Shown: positions 1 through 10,546 of the stretch, piece after piece
Numbering within the stretch: position 1 is the stretch's first letter
Layout of the letters: each line of letters opens with the position of its first letter
From: Euryarchaeota archaeon UBA125
Lineage (GTDB): Archaea > Thermoplasmatota > Poseidoniia > Poseidoniales > Thalassarchaeaceae
Assembly: GCA_002502625.1 (NCBI GenBank)
Contig: DAPV01000035.1
Span: forward strand, 6,279-70,278
Length of the DNA: 64,000 nucleotides
Reading direction: 5' to 3'
The notes under the pieces: generated by a model
The model's database searches: none
Seen by the model: only the letters and a program-made list of their open reading frames with translations
Told to the model about the DNA's origin: nothing
Made by a program: the position numbers and the translations under genes

Positions 1-1
1 A

Positions 2-2005
2 ATAAATAGTATTGATGATGCAAAAAATATTGTTAAATTAGAGAATGAGAGAAAAAGAATATTAGATGAAAAACGACGTACTGCTAGGATTCAAGCAGAA
101 ACTGCAGCAAGGCAAAGAGGAGAAGATATTGCAGCAACGGAATTAGCAGGTAAAGAGGCACAAGAGGCAATTGAAGATCTTGGTTCAGATGACGAAGAAA
201 GTCTGAATAATGCAAAAATTGAACTTGATGAAAACGAGGTGATGAATAGTCTTTGGATTGTAAATAATGTTAGTTCATTGGAGTGGATAGATGCTGCTCC
301 ATGTCGAGTTGGTTGTCGAATGGGTCGTCCAGAGAAGTCTGCGCCCAGAGAAATGAAGCAGAAAGCACATGCACTCTATCCAATCCAAAATTATGGTGGC
401 CCACAACGATTGTTGGCAACTGCAGTATCTAGAGAAGGATCTATTCGAGTAACTGTTGGGCCTAGAAGATGCTTGAGATGCGATAGAGAAACTCCCCATA
501 TTCGATGTCATCATCGAACTATACCAAATGAACCTCAAGAATGTGGAGGTAGAACTGTTCCAGCAGATAGACGTGGGGGGCATCTTCGAAATCGATTGGG
601 TGAATTAACAACTATTCCTCTCGCTGATATCCTAGAAGTCAAGCGAATTTCACTTGGACTTGACAGATTACCTGAACGAATCAAGGCAATGAAGGGACTG
701 ACTTCCAAAGCTCAATATCCTGAACCTATTGAGAAAGGAATTCTAAGAGCAATTCATGATGTATCTGCATTTAGGGATGGTACCATTCGTTACGATATGA
801 TTGATGTCCCTGTAACTCATTTTAGACCAATAGAAATTGGTACATCAGTAGAGAAATTAGTCGAATTGGGATACACCCACGATATTAGAGGAAATGAATT
901 GAAAGAAGATACTCAAATCTTAGAATTATTTCCTCAGGATTTTATTCCCAGCAGAGATGGAGGAGAACATCTACTAAAAATTAGTCAATATCTAGATGAT
1001 CTCTTGGTTAGATTTTACAAGATGGAACCAGAGTTTAATGCAAAAACCATCGATGATATGGTTGGTCAACTTGGTATTGCACTTGCTCCGCATACTTCAG
1101 GAGGGGTGCTGTGTCGATTTATTGGATGGACAAATGCATCGGCTGGATATGGCCACACATTATTCCATGCAGCAAAGAGAAGAAATTGTGATGGAGATGA
1201 AGACTGTGTCATGCTACTACTCGATGGACTATTGAATTTCAGTCGAATTATTCTCCCATCTTCTAGAGGTGGACGGATGGATGCTCCATTGACATTGACG
1301 ACAAGATTGAATCCAATGGAATTAGACAAAGAAGCATTGCATGTTGATGCAGGATGGAATTATTCCAAGGAATTTTATTTGGAAACATTAGATTCCCCCC
1401 ATCCTCGACAAATTATGGATAAAAAATTAGTTGATCTCGTCAACAATCGAATTGGAACTGTAGGCGCAGTACGAGGATATGGTTTCTCTCACGATTTAGA
1501 ATCATTAGATGCAGGTCCAGTAAACTCGGCTTACAAAACTCTAGGCAGTATGACCGACAAAATGAGTGCACAATTAGCCCTTGGTCGTAAATTACGTAGC
1601 GTAGATGCAAGGATTGTTGCTTCGACCGTGATTGGTTCCCATTTACTCCCAGATGTGAGGGGAAATTTGAATGCATTTAGCAGACAAAAAGTTAGATGTG
1701 CAAAATGTAATCATTCATACAGAAGATTACCATTGGCAGGAAAATGTATCCAAATGCAAGGAGCAAGTGGAGGGTTGCATGGACACCATTCCAGTAGAAT
1801 GGAAGAAACTCGATGTGGGGGTAATCTGATTCTGACTGTTTCTCAAGGAGCAGTAAGAAAATATCTTGGCGTTATCAATCATGTAATCGATAATTTCGGA
1901 ATTGATCCCTACACTCAACAATATGTAGATTGGATGGCAGATAGTGTAGAGTCCGTCTTTCAAAATGATAGAGTTACGGTCTATACGTTAGATGATTTTC
2001 TTTGA
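2..2005 (+). CDS. polC: DNA polymerase D large subunit DP2 (5'-truncated by window edge)
   Basis: Frame is open from base 2. Motifs: RMGRPEK, KGILRA, FRDGTIRYD, LAPHTSGG, catalytic HAAKRRNCDGDED, RGGRMDAP and a C-terminal Zn finger (RCAKC...C...CGG). Confidence 0.97.
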   Translation: MNSIDDAKNIVKLENERKRILDEKRRTARIQAETAARQRGEDIAATELAGKEAQEAIEDLGSDDEESLNNAKIELDENEVMNSLWIVNNVSSLEWIDAAPCRVGCRMGRPEKSAPREMKQKAHALYPIQNYGGPQRLLATAVSREGSIRVTVGPRRCLRCDRETPHIRCHHRTIPNEPQECGGRTVPADRRGGHLRNRLGELTTIPLADILEVKRISLGLDRLPERIKAMKGLTSKAQYPEPIEKGILRAIHDVSAFRDGTIRYDMIDVPVTHFRPIEIGTSVEKLVELGYTHDIRGNELKEDTQILELFPQDFIPSRDGGEHLLKISQYLDDLLVRFYKMEPEFNAKTIDDMVGQLGIALAPHTSGGVLCRFIGWTNASAGYGHTLFHAAKRRNCDGDEDCVMLLLDGLLNFSRIILPSSRGGRMDAPLTLTTRLNPMELDKEALHVDAGWNYSKEFYLETLDSPHPRQIMDKKLVDLVNNRIGTVGAVRGYGFSHDLESLDAGPVNSAYKTLGSMTDKMSAQLALGRKLRSVDARIVASTVIGSHLLPDVRGNLNAFSRQKVRCAKCNHSYRRLPLAGKCIQMQGASGGLHGHHSSRMEETRCGGNLILTVSQGAVRKYLGVINHVIDNFGIDPYTQQYVDWMADSVESVFQNDRVTVYTLDDFL

Positions 2006-2887
2006 CTAGAGATCTCGTCTTTTGTTTTGTCCATCGCCTAGTTTGTCCCACAAATCGCTAATCGTGTCTACATCTTCATCCAGTGTAGCTTTACCTTGTA
2101 ATCTAGATTCATCACCTTCTCCAAGTTCATCAAGCGACTCTAATTCGGCATCCGCATCCTCCATTTCTTGATCTCCTTCTTCCGTTTCCGGTTCTGTTTC
2201 TTCTACAGACCAATGGCGCCTTTTAGACATCAAATTTGAAGCAGAATTAGATTCAGAAAGTAAATCATCTACATCAACTGGATTTCCTCCAGAAATTGAT
2301 TTTTCGACTTCTTTCCATTCCTCACGTAATTTTCGTACAACCGGCGAGCCTCGTTTTAATCGACGGGATTTTGCCCACGAACGTAGAGTTCTGTCTGTAA
2401 CTATCAACATTAATGCAAGTATGTTGGCAACCACATATCCTTCAATTCTAATTGGAGTGTAAAGATCCATCTCTGTTTTAAGATCAATCTCAACTATGTC
2501 TGAAGGGACTGGATATACCTGTCCATTTTGTTTTATTGTGATTAAAAATGATGAGGGACCTGGCGAAAGAGAATATGTTTCTGAGGATGATGCATTTGAA
2601 TTTCCATCAAAAACTTCGATAATGGTTCCGTCCGACAACTCTAGTTCAATGGTAACCTCAGAAGAACCCATTCCATCTACCTCATTAATTTCATAAAACA
2701 CATGAAATGGAATTTCTTTTCCTAGAATATCAGGGCCATCGAATCGATATTCTGTTACAATATCACTATTTGGAGAAATAAGATATTGATCAGCTGATGA
2801 TGTCAGTGCTCCTGTCCAAATTATGTTCAAGAGAACAAAAGTAACGATAGTAGTAATCGCGGACTTTCGTGAATTATCCCCAGTCAC
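2006..2887 (-). CDS. Hypothetical membrane protein (N-terminal signal/TM, extracellular beta domain, second TM, acidic tail)
   Basis: 293-aa ORF with two hydrophobic segments and an acidic C-terminus. Confidence 0.75.
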   Translation of the reverse strand: MTGDNSRKSAITTIVTFVLLNIIWTGALTSSADQYLISPNSDIVTEYRFDGPDILGKEIPFHVFYEINEVDGMGSSEVTIELELSDGTIIEVFDGNSNASSSETYSLSPGPSSFLITIKQNGQVYPVPSDIVEIDLKTEMDLYTPIRIEGYVVANILALMLIVTDRTLRSWAKSRRLKRGSPVVRKLREEWKEVEKSISGGNPVDVDDLLSESNSASNLMSKRRHWSVEETEPETEEGDQEMEDADAELESLDELGEGDESRLQGKATLDEDVDTISDLWDKLGDGQNKRRDL

Positions 2888-3633
2888 TCATGCACCCCCT
2901 CTAACAATTTATCAATGACCTCTTGCATGAATATTAGTTTTCGTAATTTTCTTTCTGGATCTGTTGCTCCTGACCATTGGCCAACAATATCACTTCGATA
3001 TCCTAAAAGATTGATTTCTGAAATTGGCACTCCTAAGAAACCAATCAAACATATTGTACGATCACCATCAGTAAATCCTCCAGGATTGAGCATACCTTCT
3101 ATTCTATCTGGAGTCTGGTGAGTTAATATCACTCTAGGTGGCGAATTCATCTTTGATATTTCTTTGACTAATTTCGCCCAATCATCTTCATTGTCTCCAT
3201 GAGCATGTAAAATATGCATTATTTCCCGTTCCGCTGCTTGAGAAATATGTGGATGACCGTCAGCATCAGTTACCAATGCCAACGTCTGTGACCATATTTC
3301 TTCTCTAATCTCATTTTCAAATTCTTGAATTATTCCAATTGAACCATCGGCAAAAATAAATCGATGATTGGACTTTAGTGCCGATAATATCTCATCGGAT
3401 TCGACTGCTGCACCAACGGCAGCAATTGGACCATTTAGCAATCTCTCTTGGAGAGATACAATGCTGTTCTCTCTTTCTACTACTGTCCAATCTGGAACCT
3501 TTGAGGATAGAGAGTTAACACTCTGTAAAAGCATCATTGCACTTTCTCTATCAGATTCTAAAGGCCATGAAAACTGGGCTCGAACTCGATCTTGAATCCT
3601 CATTCCAATCGAACGAACCTCATGAGGGCCCAT
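2884..3633 (-). CDS. mptE: 6-hydroxymethyl-7,8-dihydropterin pyrophosphokinase (MptE/DUF115 family)
   Basis: FADG, VTDADG, HAHGDN, THQT, PGGFTDGDR, LLGY and K-RKL motifs typical of archaeal MptE. Confidence 0.85.
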   Translation of the reverse strand: MGPHEVRSIGMRIQDRVRAQFSWPLESDRESAMMLLQSVNSLSSKVPDWTVVERENSIVSLQERLLNGPIAAVGAAVESDEILSALKSNHRFIFADGSIGIIQEFENEIREEIWSQTLALVTDADGHPHISQAAEREIMHILHAHGDNEDDWAKLVKEISKMNSPPRVILTHQTPDRIEGMLNPGGFTDGDRTICLIGFLGVPISEINLLGYRSDIVGQWSGATDPERKLRKLIFMQEVIDKLLEGVHE

Positions 3634-3690
3634 GGTGTGTACAGACCGGTCGCGTTGAAGAACCCCCGTGTTACTTCATGCCTGAGAATC

Positions 3691-4842
3691 ATGCCCATGC
3701 CGTTGCGTCCTCCTCTCATTGATGATGCAAAAGTGCTAGCACGCTATCCGTTTTTACCACAATCCGCTGAAAATACTCGAACCATATTATCTGATAATGG
3801 AATTAGTATGGAAGATTTACTTTCAGCCGCATGGTTATCTGATATTCGTCGTAAAGGAGATATGAGGGTGAAAGAATCAGTCCTACATGATGATGGAATT
3901 GAACAAAGTTCTGGAGATCTGAGTACTGAACTTGGGAGAATGTCAGAAAGTCTCTCGTTTCTTTATGCAATGATGGTCGCTTGTGCCACATTTGACGAAA
4001 GGGTTACTGCAAGATGGGCAGAAGGAGAGTCTACTCGAGCAGATAAATTACTAGGAAGTGATATTCTAATTTTTGAAAAAATCGCTACTACTTATTTATC
4101 TAATATTCAGAGCGAAATTAAAAATGGGGAGACCATCTATTCAATCCCTTTAACCGATTTTATTGAACTTAGTCCTAGAATTAGTGGAGACTATTGGAGG
4201 CTCCCAAACAGGGCTATGAAGGATGGATGGGTAGAAATGGGGCCTTCAACTAGTGAAAATAGTCAACAAAGATTAGCTAGACTAATCAAAGAAAGGATTC
4301 GTGAAGACTTGAGAAAACGTTGCGATGACAGGATGGAAAAAATAGATGAAGAGTTTGCTGAAAGATTGAGCGAACCTGTTGGGGCTGTATTGACTATTCT
4401 ACAATCAAGATCTACTCTAAATTTTGAAGCAGGAGAAGCAACTAGATCAGATTGGCCACCATGTATGGAGATTGCAATTAAAGAATTGTCAATGGGAGAA
4501 AATGTAAACCATTCTGGTCGTCTTTTCCTCGCTGCGATTAGTGCTGCACTTGGCATCGAGCAAGAGCAGTGTGCTTCATTCTTTCAAGGTGCACCTGACT
4601 ATAATCCTGAAACTACTAGCTATCAGATTGGTCATGTGTATGACAGAGAATATACCCCAGCTGGTTGTAGCCGATTAAAGATGGATGGAAGATGTCCTGT
4701 TTCACCTGGAGATGATCCCATTTGTGATAAGCCGAAAATGAAGCATCCATTGTCGTATGTTTGGTGGAAACAAAGAGATCGGTCTCAGGCAGAAGAACCA
4801 AGAGAATCAAACGAAGAATCTGCGGAGTCGGCCAACCCTTGA
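3691..4842 (+). CDS. priL: DNA primase large subunit PriL
   Basis: N-terminal RYPFL, W-L-NR-GWV, Fe-S domain WPPCM, HSGR, PDYN..T.YQI.H and Y.P.C...C. Start taken at ATG 3691. Confidence 0.92.
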   Translation: MPMPLRPPLIDDAKVLARYPFLPQSAENTRTILSDNGISMEDLLSAAWLSDIRRKGDMRVKESVLHDDGIEQSSGDLSTELGRMSESLSFLYAMMVACATFDERVTARWAEGESTRADKLLGSDILIFEKIATTYLSNIQSEIKNGETIYSIPLTDFIELSPRISGDYWRLPNRAMKDGWVEMGPSTSENSQQRLARLIKERIREDLRKRCDDRMEKIDEEFAERLSEPVGAVLTILQSRSTLNFEAGEATRSDWPPCMEIAIKELSMGENVNHSGRLFLAAISAALGIEQEQCASFFQGAPDYNPETTSYQIGHVYDREYTPAGCSRLKMDGRCPVSPGDDPICDKPKMKHPLSYVWWKQRDRSQAEEPRESNEESAESANP

Positions 4843-4875
4843 TAGGGATGTACTTTTTATCTCCACCCGAAGAAG

Positions 4876-5988
4876 ATGACCCGGACCCTTGTGCTGACTA
4901 TTGATCGAGACAATGATCTCGGAATTAAAGCAGGACTCAGAGGGCCAGTAATTGGAAGGAAATCTACTCTCAGTGCAGCATTAAGACTTGGACTTGCAGA
5001 TCCAGAAGAGAGTGATACAAATGCAATTCTCGGAGCACTTCACCACCATGACAGAATTTTAGATTCTGGTGAGCCGAATGATGCTGTTGAAGTTGCAATA
5101 CTTACAGGGGATGAAAGAGTAGGGGCTCGTTCAGATCGGGCAATTGCAAAACAGCTTGAAGAAGTAATTTCTGAATTTCAACCAGATTGCGCTATCTTAG
5201 TTACAGACGGAGCAGAAGATGAGGCTGTAATGCCAATCATTCAAAGTAGAGTTCGAATTGATTATGTTGAGAAAATTATTGTAAGACAAAGTAAGGGTAT
5301 TGAAGGTACATTTTACTATATCATGAAAGCAATCGAGGATCCTAAATGGAGAGCACGGCTTCTTGTTCCATTATCTGTGTTCATGATGATAATTGGTTTA
5401 GGAATGATCTTGCCAGGTGGAGGAGTTCTAATTGGTGCAATGCCCCTTATTGTCGGAATTTGGTTACTAGCAAAAGGACTTGGGGCTGAAAATCAATTTG
5501 AACGTTTGATGCTTGACATGAGAGATAGTGCAATGGGTGGGATCATTTCATCGCTTCTATGGGCATTTGCATCATTCTCAAGTTTACTAGCAATTTTGGA
5601 ATCCTATCGTACAATAGTGCAAGCAGATTCTGATTTATCTACCGTTCAAATAGCAATTGAAGCAATGGATAGTGGATTACAATGGATTGTTCTCGCCTCT
5701 CTTGCTGTAGCAATGTCAATGGTAGTTTTGAGATGGAGAAGAGGTACGCTAACAGGACGTGTTTTCCAAATTATGGCTGGAGGAGTAGTCATTTACGCAT
5801 TTGCTGAGGCAGGACTTGATGTCGCTAGACAAATTACAGGCGGAGTAACATATGAATTAGATCCGGGAGTTATCTACAACGATTGGGGATTGGCCGTAGT
5901 TGCAATAGTTGTTTATTGGATGGTAAGAACCGGTGTGAAATCTTGGTCAACCAGACAAGAAACGCAAGGACGATTTTGGGGAGTTTAA
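4876..5988 (+). CDS. DUF373 family archaeal membrane protein
   Basis: LVLTIDRDNDLG..., ADPEESDTNA, VTDGAEDE and VRQS..IE.T.Y motifs followed by multiple TMs; located next to priL. Confidence 0.9.
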   Translation: MTRTLVLTIDRDNDLGIKAGLRGPVIGRKSTLSAALRLGLADPEESDTNAILGALHHHDRILDSGEPNDAVEVAILTGDERVGARSDRAIAKQLEEVISEFQPDCAILVTDGAEDEAVMPIIQSRVRIDYVEKIIVRQSKGIEGTFYYIMKAIEDPKWRARLLVPLSVFMMIIGLGMILPGGGVLIGAMPLIVGIWLLAKGLGAENQFERLMLDMRDSAMGGIISSLLWAFASFSSLLAILESYRTIVQADSDLSTVQIAIEAMDSGLQWIVLASLAVAMSMVVLRWRRGTLTGRVFQIMAGGVVIYAFAEAGLDVARQITGGVTYELDPGVIYNDWGLAVVAIVVYWMVRTGVKSWSTRQETQGRFWGV

Positions 5989-5991
5989 TTA

Positions 5992-6423
5992 CTACTCAAA
6001 AAATAATTCATACATACAATGAGGACAAGTAACTCGAATTGGGCGTATTGAAGGTATTCCAAGTGGAGACCTGCACTCCGTACAAACAATTGCTTGATCT
6101 ACTTGTGATTGACGTGCTCGTCCTGACTCACTAGGATCGTATTCCATACGAAAACGATGGGCATTTTGCAATGCTTCGGGTTTATCTGTCGAATTTTGAG
6201 TAGGTTCCAAATCATAATCTACAGATTTACTTCGTGCAAAAGATGGATCTAGAATTGGATCTAGTTTAGGTTCTGGAGATTCTCCTTTGGCACTAGCCAT
6301 TAATTGCAAGAGTTCTTCTTCGGATACACTATACTCAACTGTAATTCGATCTATTTCTAACATTTGTTCGTATCCGTCCATTGAAATTAGGCTAGAAATG
6401 ACTGAGGCTGGAACGTCTGCCAT
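5992..6423 (-). CDS. Hypothetical protein with C-terminal zinc ribbon
   Basis: CTEC...CPHC at the C-terminus. Confidence 0.7.
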   Translation of the reverse strand: MADVPASVISSLISMDGYEQMLEIDRITVEYSVSEEELLQLMASAKGESPEPKLDPILDPSFARSKSVDYDLEPTQNSTDKPEALQNAHRFRMEYDPSESGRARQSQVDQAIVCTECRSPLGIPSIRPIRVTCPHCMYELFFE

Positions 6424-6507
6424 AAAAACGGAGTAGATAACTATCTCTTGACATTTGAGTATGGTCGTTTACTAATATTCACAAAGGAGAATGTTTTCAA
6501 ATGTTTC

Positions 6508-7212
6508 ATGAGCGACGGTGTTGGTTCACTTTACATGTTAAACACATGTCCATTTACATGGAAGGTTAGAGCGCTTCTTGATCATCTAGATCTTCCTCAT
6601 GAAAGAGTAAAAATCAATCCACTAAAAATCAAAAAAAGTGTTTCATTTGCAGGAGATTGGGGAAAAACACCAGTATGGAAAATGTCTGATGGAGAAGTTG
6701 TTGTTGATTCTACTCCGATTATGAAAAGAATCGATGAAGTCTACAACAATGGAAATCTATGGAAAATGGACGATCAAGTTCGTAGAGATAAATGGATGGA
6801 ATGGGCAGATACTAAAATGAAAGATGCAACTATTCCAATCCTCTATGGATCAATTGGTTCTGCATTATCTACAACTAGATCTGTAGCAAAACACGAACGA
6901 TTTGGTTTCTTTACAGGACGAATCTATGCTTGGCTAGGTTTTCCCATAATGTGGGGGATTATTGCTAAAAAAAGAACCAAGAAAACTGGAATGGAACCTG
7001 GTGAACTATGGCATCATTTACTCAATGAATGGACTGAAGAGATTGGAGAAAAGTCGTTTTTTGGAGGTAACACCCCCCATATTGTTGATCTTGCAGTTTT
7101 CGGATATATGCAATCCATTGAGATGCATTCCAAAGCATTTCGTTTGATTGAAAATCACTCTAAAGGTATGCTATGGTTTAACCGAATGAGAAATTCTACA
7201 GTTGCTCAATAA
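6508..7212 (+). CDS. Glutathione S-transferase family protein, prostaglandin E synthase 2-like
   Basis: TCPFTWKVRALLD, KTPV...DS (cis-Pro and DS motifs) and FFGG..P.IVDLAVFG GST C-domain. Confidence 0.85.
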   Translation: MSDGVGSLYMLNTCPFTWKVRALLDHLDLPHERVKINPLKIKKSVSFAGDWGKTPVWKMSDGEVVVDSTPIMKRIDEVYNNGNLWKMDDQVRRDKWMEWADTKMKDATIPILYGSIGSALSTTRSVAKHERFGFFTGRIYAWLGFPIMWGIIAKKRTKKTGMEPGELWHHLLNEWTEEIGEKSFFGGNTPHIVDLAVFGYMQSIEMHSKAFRLIENHSKGMLWFNRMRNSTVAQ

Positions 7213-8103
7213 CTACATTTCTTCTACATGTAAACCGAATGTTGCTAGCATTGCAAGTAATCCTAGACAACAAGAAGAGTAGTAATGTCCTTGGCTAAAG
7301 AATACCAAACCAGCTCCAGTTCGTAATAACAGAGTACTCTTCGTTCGCCACCCTGTAATCCCAAAGAATACCGCAATTAGAGATATACCAATGAAAATCG
7401 TTCCTGCTATATCATACACAGCTGCAGCAGTAGGATCGTAGAGTTCTTTGCCCCTTTCTTCTTCACTAAGATCCATCCATCGAGTCAAACCATTTGATTT
7501 CTGTTCAATTAAATCAAAATCTTCAGGAGCAGCAAAATCTAGGTTAAGATGCGTAAAACCATATGGTTCAAAAAGTGCTCCAGGAGACAATAATATTCGA
7601 TGAGTCATGCCCTCAGATGGATTGGACATATTTACTACATACATACTCATTAATCCTGGATTAAGACCCTCTAATCGAAATCTTCCTTGCGAGTCAGTAG
7701 TTGCTGCAGGTCGTGTGATTCTCTGAATCCCATCTTCGTCAATAACTGGAGTGACAACTTCAATGGTGAAATTGACACCTGGAGAACCGTCATGTAATGT
7801 AAGAACACCAGTAAGTATTGCAGATCCTGGAGCGGATGTGCTCAACAAATTTGCAGTCTGAGTTTGACTGTAAATGAAACCTCTGTCAGTTACTAACCCC
7901 CCATCTCCTTCAATGAAATCATAACCATTGACTGTACCTAAGATACTTGCTAATAAAATAAACAATAACGCAACATGCATCCTCGGATCACGTGGCATCT
8001 GAGAAGGGAGAAGGAGTGTTGCTCCTGTAGAGGCAAATACTGGTTCTTCCTCTGGAATAGATGAAAGTGGGACCGGTTTGGGCACTACTTCGTCTCCGTC
8101 CAC
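7213..8103 (-). CDS. Membrane protein with carboxypeptidase-regulatory/transthyretin-like domain
   Basis: TTDSQGRFRLEGLNPG beta-sandwich signature flanked by TM helices. Confidence 0.65.
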   Translation of the reverse strand: MDGDEVVPKPVPLSSIPEEEPVFASTGATLLLPSQMPRDPRMHVALLFILLASILGTVNGYDFIEGDGGLVTDRGFIYSQTQTANLLSTSAPGSAILTGVLTLHDGSPGVNFTIEVVTPVIDEDGIQRITRPAATTDSQGRFRLEGLNPGLMSMYVVNMSNPSEGMTHRILLSPGALFEPYGFTHLNLDFAAPEDFDLIEQKSNGLTRWMDLSEEERGKELYDPTAAAVYDIAGTIFIGISLIAVFFGITGWRTKSTLLLRTGAGLVFFSQGHYYSSCCLGLLAMLATFGLHVEEM

Positions 8104-8125
8104 GGTGGGTTATTCGCGCCCCCCC

Positions 8126-9511
8126 TTATTCAGATTGCGAAGTTTTGATAATTTCAGAAATTCTAGATCCCAGTGATTGTTGTAATCTAAACCAATCAAC
8201 AGGATCAATCCATGCAATCATTCGAAGACCTTGGTCATTCACTTCTCGTTCACGAACCATTGCCATTCTCCTTATTTGAGATTCTATTGCTGCAAGTGGC
8301 CTTGCATTAGGTAAGGATGTGTCAGAGATTTGCATCTCAATAGGAGGGCCATGTAATCGAGTCAATATTCCTGACCTCAAATCCTCTATTCCATCTGAAG
8401 AGGATGAAGACGTTACAACTGCATCTTCAACACTAAGTAATTGTAAAGCTCTCTGTACTTCTACGAGATGTTCGTCAGAACATGAATCTGATTTAGTTAG
8501 AACTACTTGAAGATCATATGGCTCTAAATCGTGATCTGTTCGATCAAATAATTCACGTCTGGACGTCTCAAATTTTCGAATTAATTCAGGAATCGAGTCT
8601 GATGCATCAAGTAAGAGCAATAGAAGATCACAGTCGATACTCTCTAGCAATGTAGCAGAAAATGCATCGAGAAGATCTGAAGGAATTTCATCAATGAAAC
8701 CTATTGTGTCCACCAATAAAATTCGGGGACTAAACTGCATTCTCCCAACAGTAGTTTCTAATGTAGAAAAGTATCTATCTTCTACCAAAACTGGTTTACC
8801 ACAAAGCGCTGCAAACAAACTTGACTTGCCTGCATTAGTATAACCTGCTAAACCTACAGTTTTTGCACCACTCGATTTTCTCTGTCTTTGTCTCTCTTTG
8901 ATTACTTTTCCATACCTTTTTTGGCGATTTTTTAGAGTTTGTAACTCTCGACTCAATGCTGAAAGAGCGATATTCCATCCTGTTCTACCCCCAGCTCCAA
9001 AACCAAGTCTTTCTCCAGTTGTTTCACGATTTACTAATTCACGTAAAATATTGCGATCTGCATTCAAACGTGCAATTCTAACTTGATTCCTGGCTTCTAC
9101 ACTTGATGCATGTTGAGTAAATAATTCCAATAATAATCTGACTCTGTCCCATGTTTCACATTGAAGTAAATCAGTCAAATTTACTAATTGTCTAGGTGTT
9201 AAATTTGCATTGACAAGTATCAAATCAATGCCAAACCATGGATGTGACTCGGGAGCCATTCTAAGTTCGTCTCGAATGGCCTCGAGGCGACCCCTGCCAA
9301 AATGTAGTCGAGGATTAGAACGTCCTTTTTGAGAAATAATCTCAACAACATCAATATCCATTGTCTTGGATAAACTGAGAAATTCAGAAGGATTTCCTTG
9401 TCTGGTTAACATCAATGCCTTTCTACCAGAATGTGATGTACGTATTTCTTCAGTTAGAACACCACCTGAGCCGGCTATCAACGGTACATTATCCCAATCT
9501 GGTTCTGTCAT
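8126..9511 (-). CDS. hflX: GTPase HflX
   Basis: DRVRLLLELF..HA.S.EA..QV, G1 GYTNAGKSS, FSTLETT, G3 DTIGFI and G4-like TKSD. Confidence 0.93.
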   Translation of the reverse strand: MTEPDWDNVPLIAGSGGVLTEEIRTSHSGRKALMLTRQGNPSEFLSLSKTMDIDVVEIISQKGRSNPRLHFGRGRLEAIRDELRMAPESHPWFGIDLILVNANLTPRQLVNLTDLLQCETWDRVRLLLELFTQHASSVEARNQVRIARLNADRNILRELVNRETTGERLGFGAGGRTGWNIALSALSRELQTLKNRQKRYGKVIKERQRQRKSSGAKTVGLAGYTNAGKSSLFAALCGKPVLVEDRYFSTLETTVGRMQFSPRILLVDTIGFIDEIPSDLLDAFSATLLESIDCDLLLLLLDASDSIPELIRKFETSRRELFDRTDHDLEPYDLQVVLTKSDSCSDEHLVEVQRALQLLSVEDAVVTSSSSSDGIEDLRSGILTRLHGPPIEMQISDTSLPNARPLAAIESQIRRMAMVREREVNDQGLRMIAWIDPVDWFRLQQSLGSRISEIIKTSQSE

Positions 9512-10494
9512 GATTCACCACAACCTGCTGCGTCCAAAATTCTTTGATCTAAACGTGATATAGGTACGCTGTCAGAACGGATTCCTCCCTTCACTACATC
9601 TACTTTCCATACTTGTAGATGAAAATCTCTATGGCTAAATGCATGATGAATCTCACCAACTCTTTCTGGAGATTTTATGTCATTATCAATACATAATGTC
9701 TGAAGGCCATTTGGATCTTCGGTAATTGGTACACCCCATAATCCTCCTAGTTGAGAGCCTTTACGCTGGGACAAAACTATTCCATCAGGCGAAGAAATAA
9801 CCAATGCATGTCCATTCACTTTAGTTGATGATCTACGTTTTGATGCTGGATATTTCGTCGGGTTATCTGTCAATATTGCTTTACAATTCTCTGATACTGG
9901 ACAGGAATTACACTTGGGTGCACGTGGAGTACAAATGATTGCACCTAACTCCATTATTGCTTGGTTCCAATCACCAGGACGGGTTTCATCTAGACTGATG
10001 TTTGCCCATTCTTGTACATCTGTCAAATTTGTATGTTCTATTGCATTTAACCTAGAATATACACGTTTTACATTCCCATCGACTACAGCAATTGGAACAT
10101 CAAAAGAAATTGAAGCAACTGCTGCAGAAGTATAGGGACCAATACCAGGGAGTTTCTCTAATTCTTTAGGATCAGAAGGAATAATTGGAGGATCACGAGA
10201 ACCAATAATCACTGATAATTTATGCAAATTTCTTGCCCGTGCATAATATCCACAACCCTGCCACAATAACATTACTTCTTCCAATGAAGAAATAGACATT
10301 TCATGTAATGTTGGAAATCGTTCGTACATTCTCTTCCAATAACCAAGTCCGACCTCCATTTTTGTTTGTTGGAGAATGAATTCAGAAAGTAAAACTGGCC
10401 ACGGTTCAGGGTTTTTCCTCCAAGGAAGTTCTCTAGCATTACAATCATACCAATCAAGCAGGAGAGCCCTAGGGGGGTAAACTTGGCCCTCCAT
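9508..10494 (-). CDS. mutY: A/G-specific adenine glycosylase MutY
   Basis: RELPWR, SEFILQQT, GYYARARNL, HhH LPGIGPYT, VDGNV.RV, NQA.MELGA.IC.P..P.C..CP...C and a NUDIX-like C-terminus. Start reassigned to ATG 10494 to avoid overlap with pcc1. Confidence 0.95.
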   Translation of the reverse strand: MEGQVYPPRALLLDWYDCNARELPWRKNPEPWPVLLSEFILQQTKMEVGLGYWKRMYERFPTLHEMSISSLEEVMLLWQGCGYYARARNLHKLSVIIGSRDPPIIPSDPKELEKLPGIGPYTSAAVASISFDVPIAVVDGNVKRVYSRLNAIEHTNLTDVQEWANISLDETRPGDWNQAIMELGAIICTPRAPKCNSCPVSENCKAILTDNPTKYPASKRRSSTKVNGHALVISSPDGIVLSQRKGSQLGGLWGVPITEDPNGLQTLCIDNDIKSPERVGEIHHAFSHRDFHLQVWKVDVVKGGIRSDSVPISRLDQRILDAAGCGES

Positions 10495-10546
10495 ACTAGC
10501 CAATAAAGTCGGAGCATCCTTATGGGTTATCCATAATTGGAAACTA

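Noticed and set aside
1165-1205. Intein in DP2 at the HAAKRRN/CDGDED site, or in NrdJ
   Set aside because: The motif is contiguous, and no C...HN intein termini or LAGLIDADG motifs are seen in either gene.
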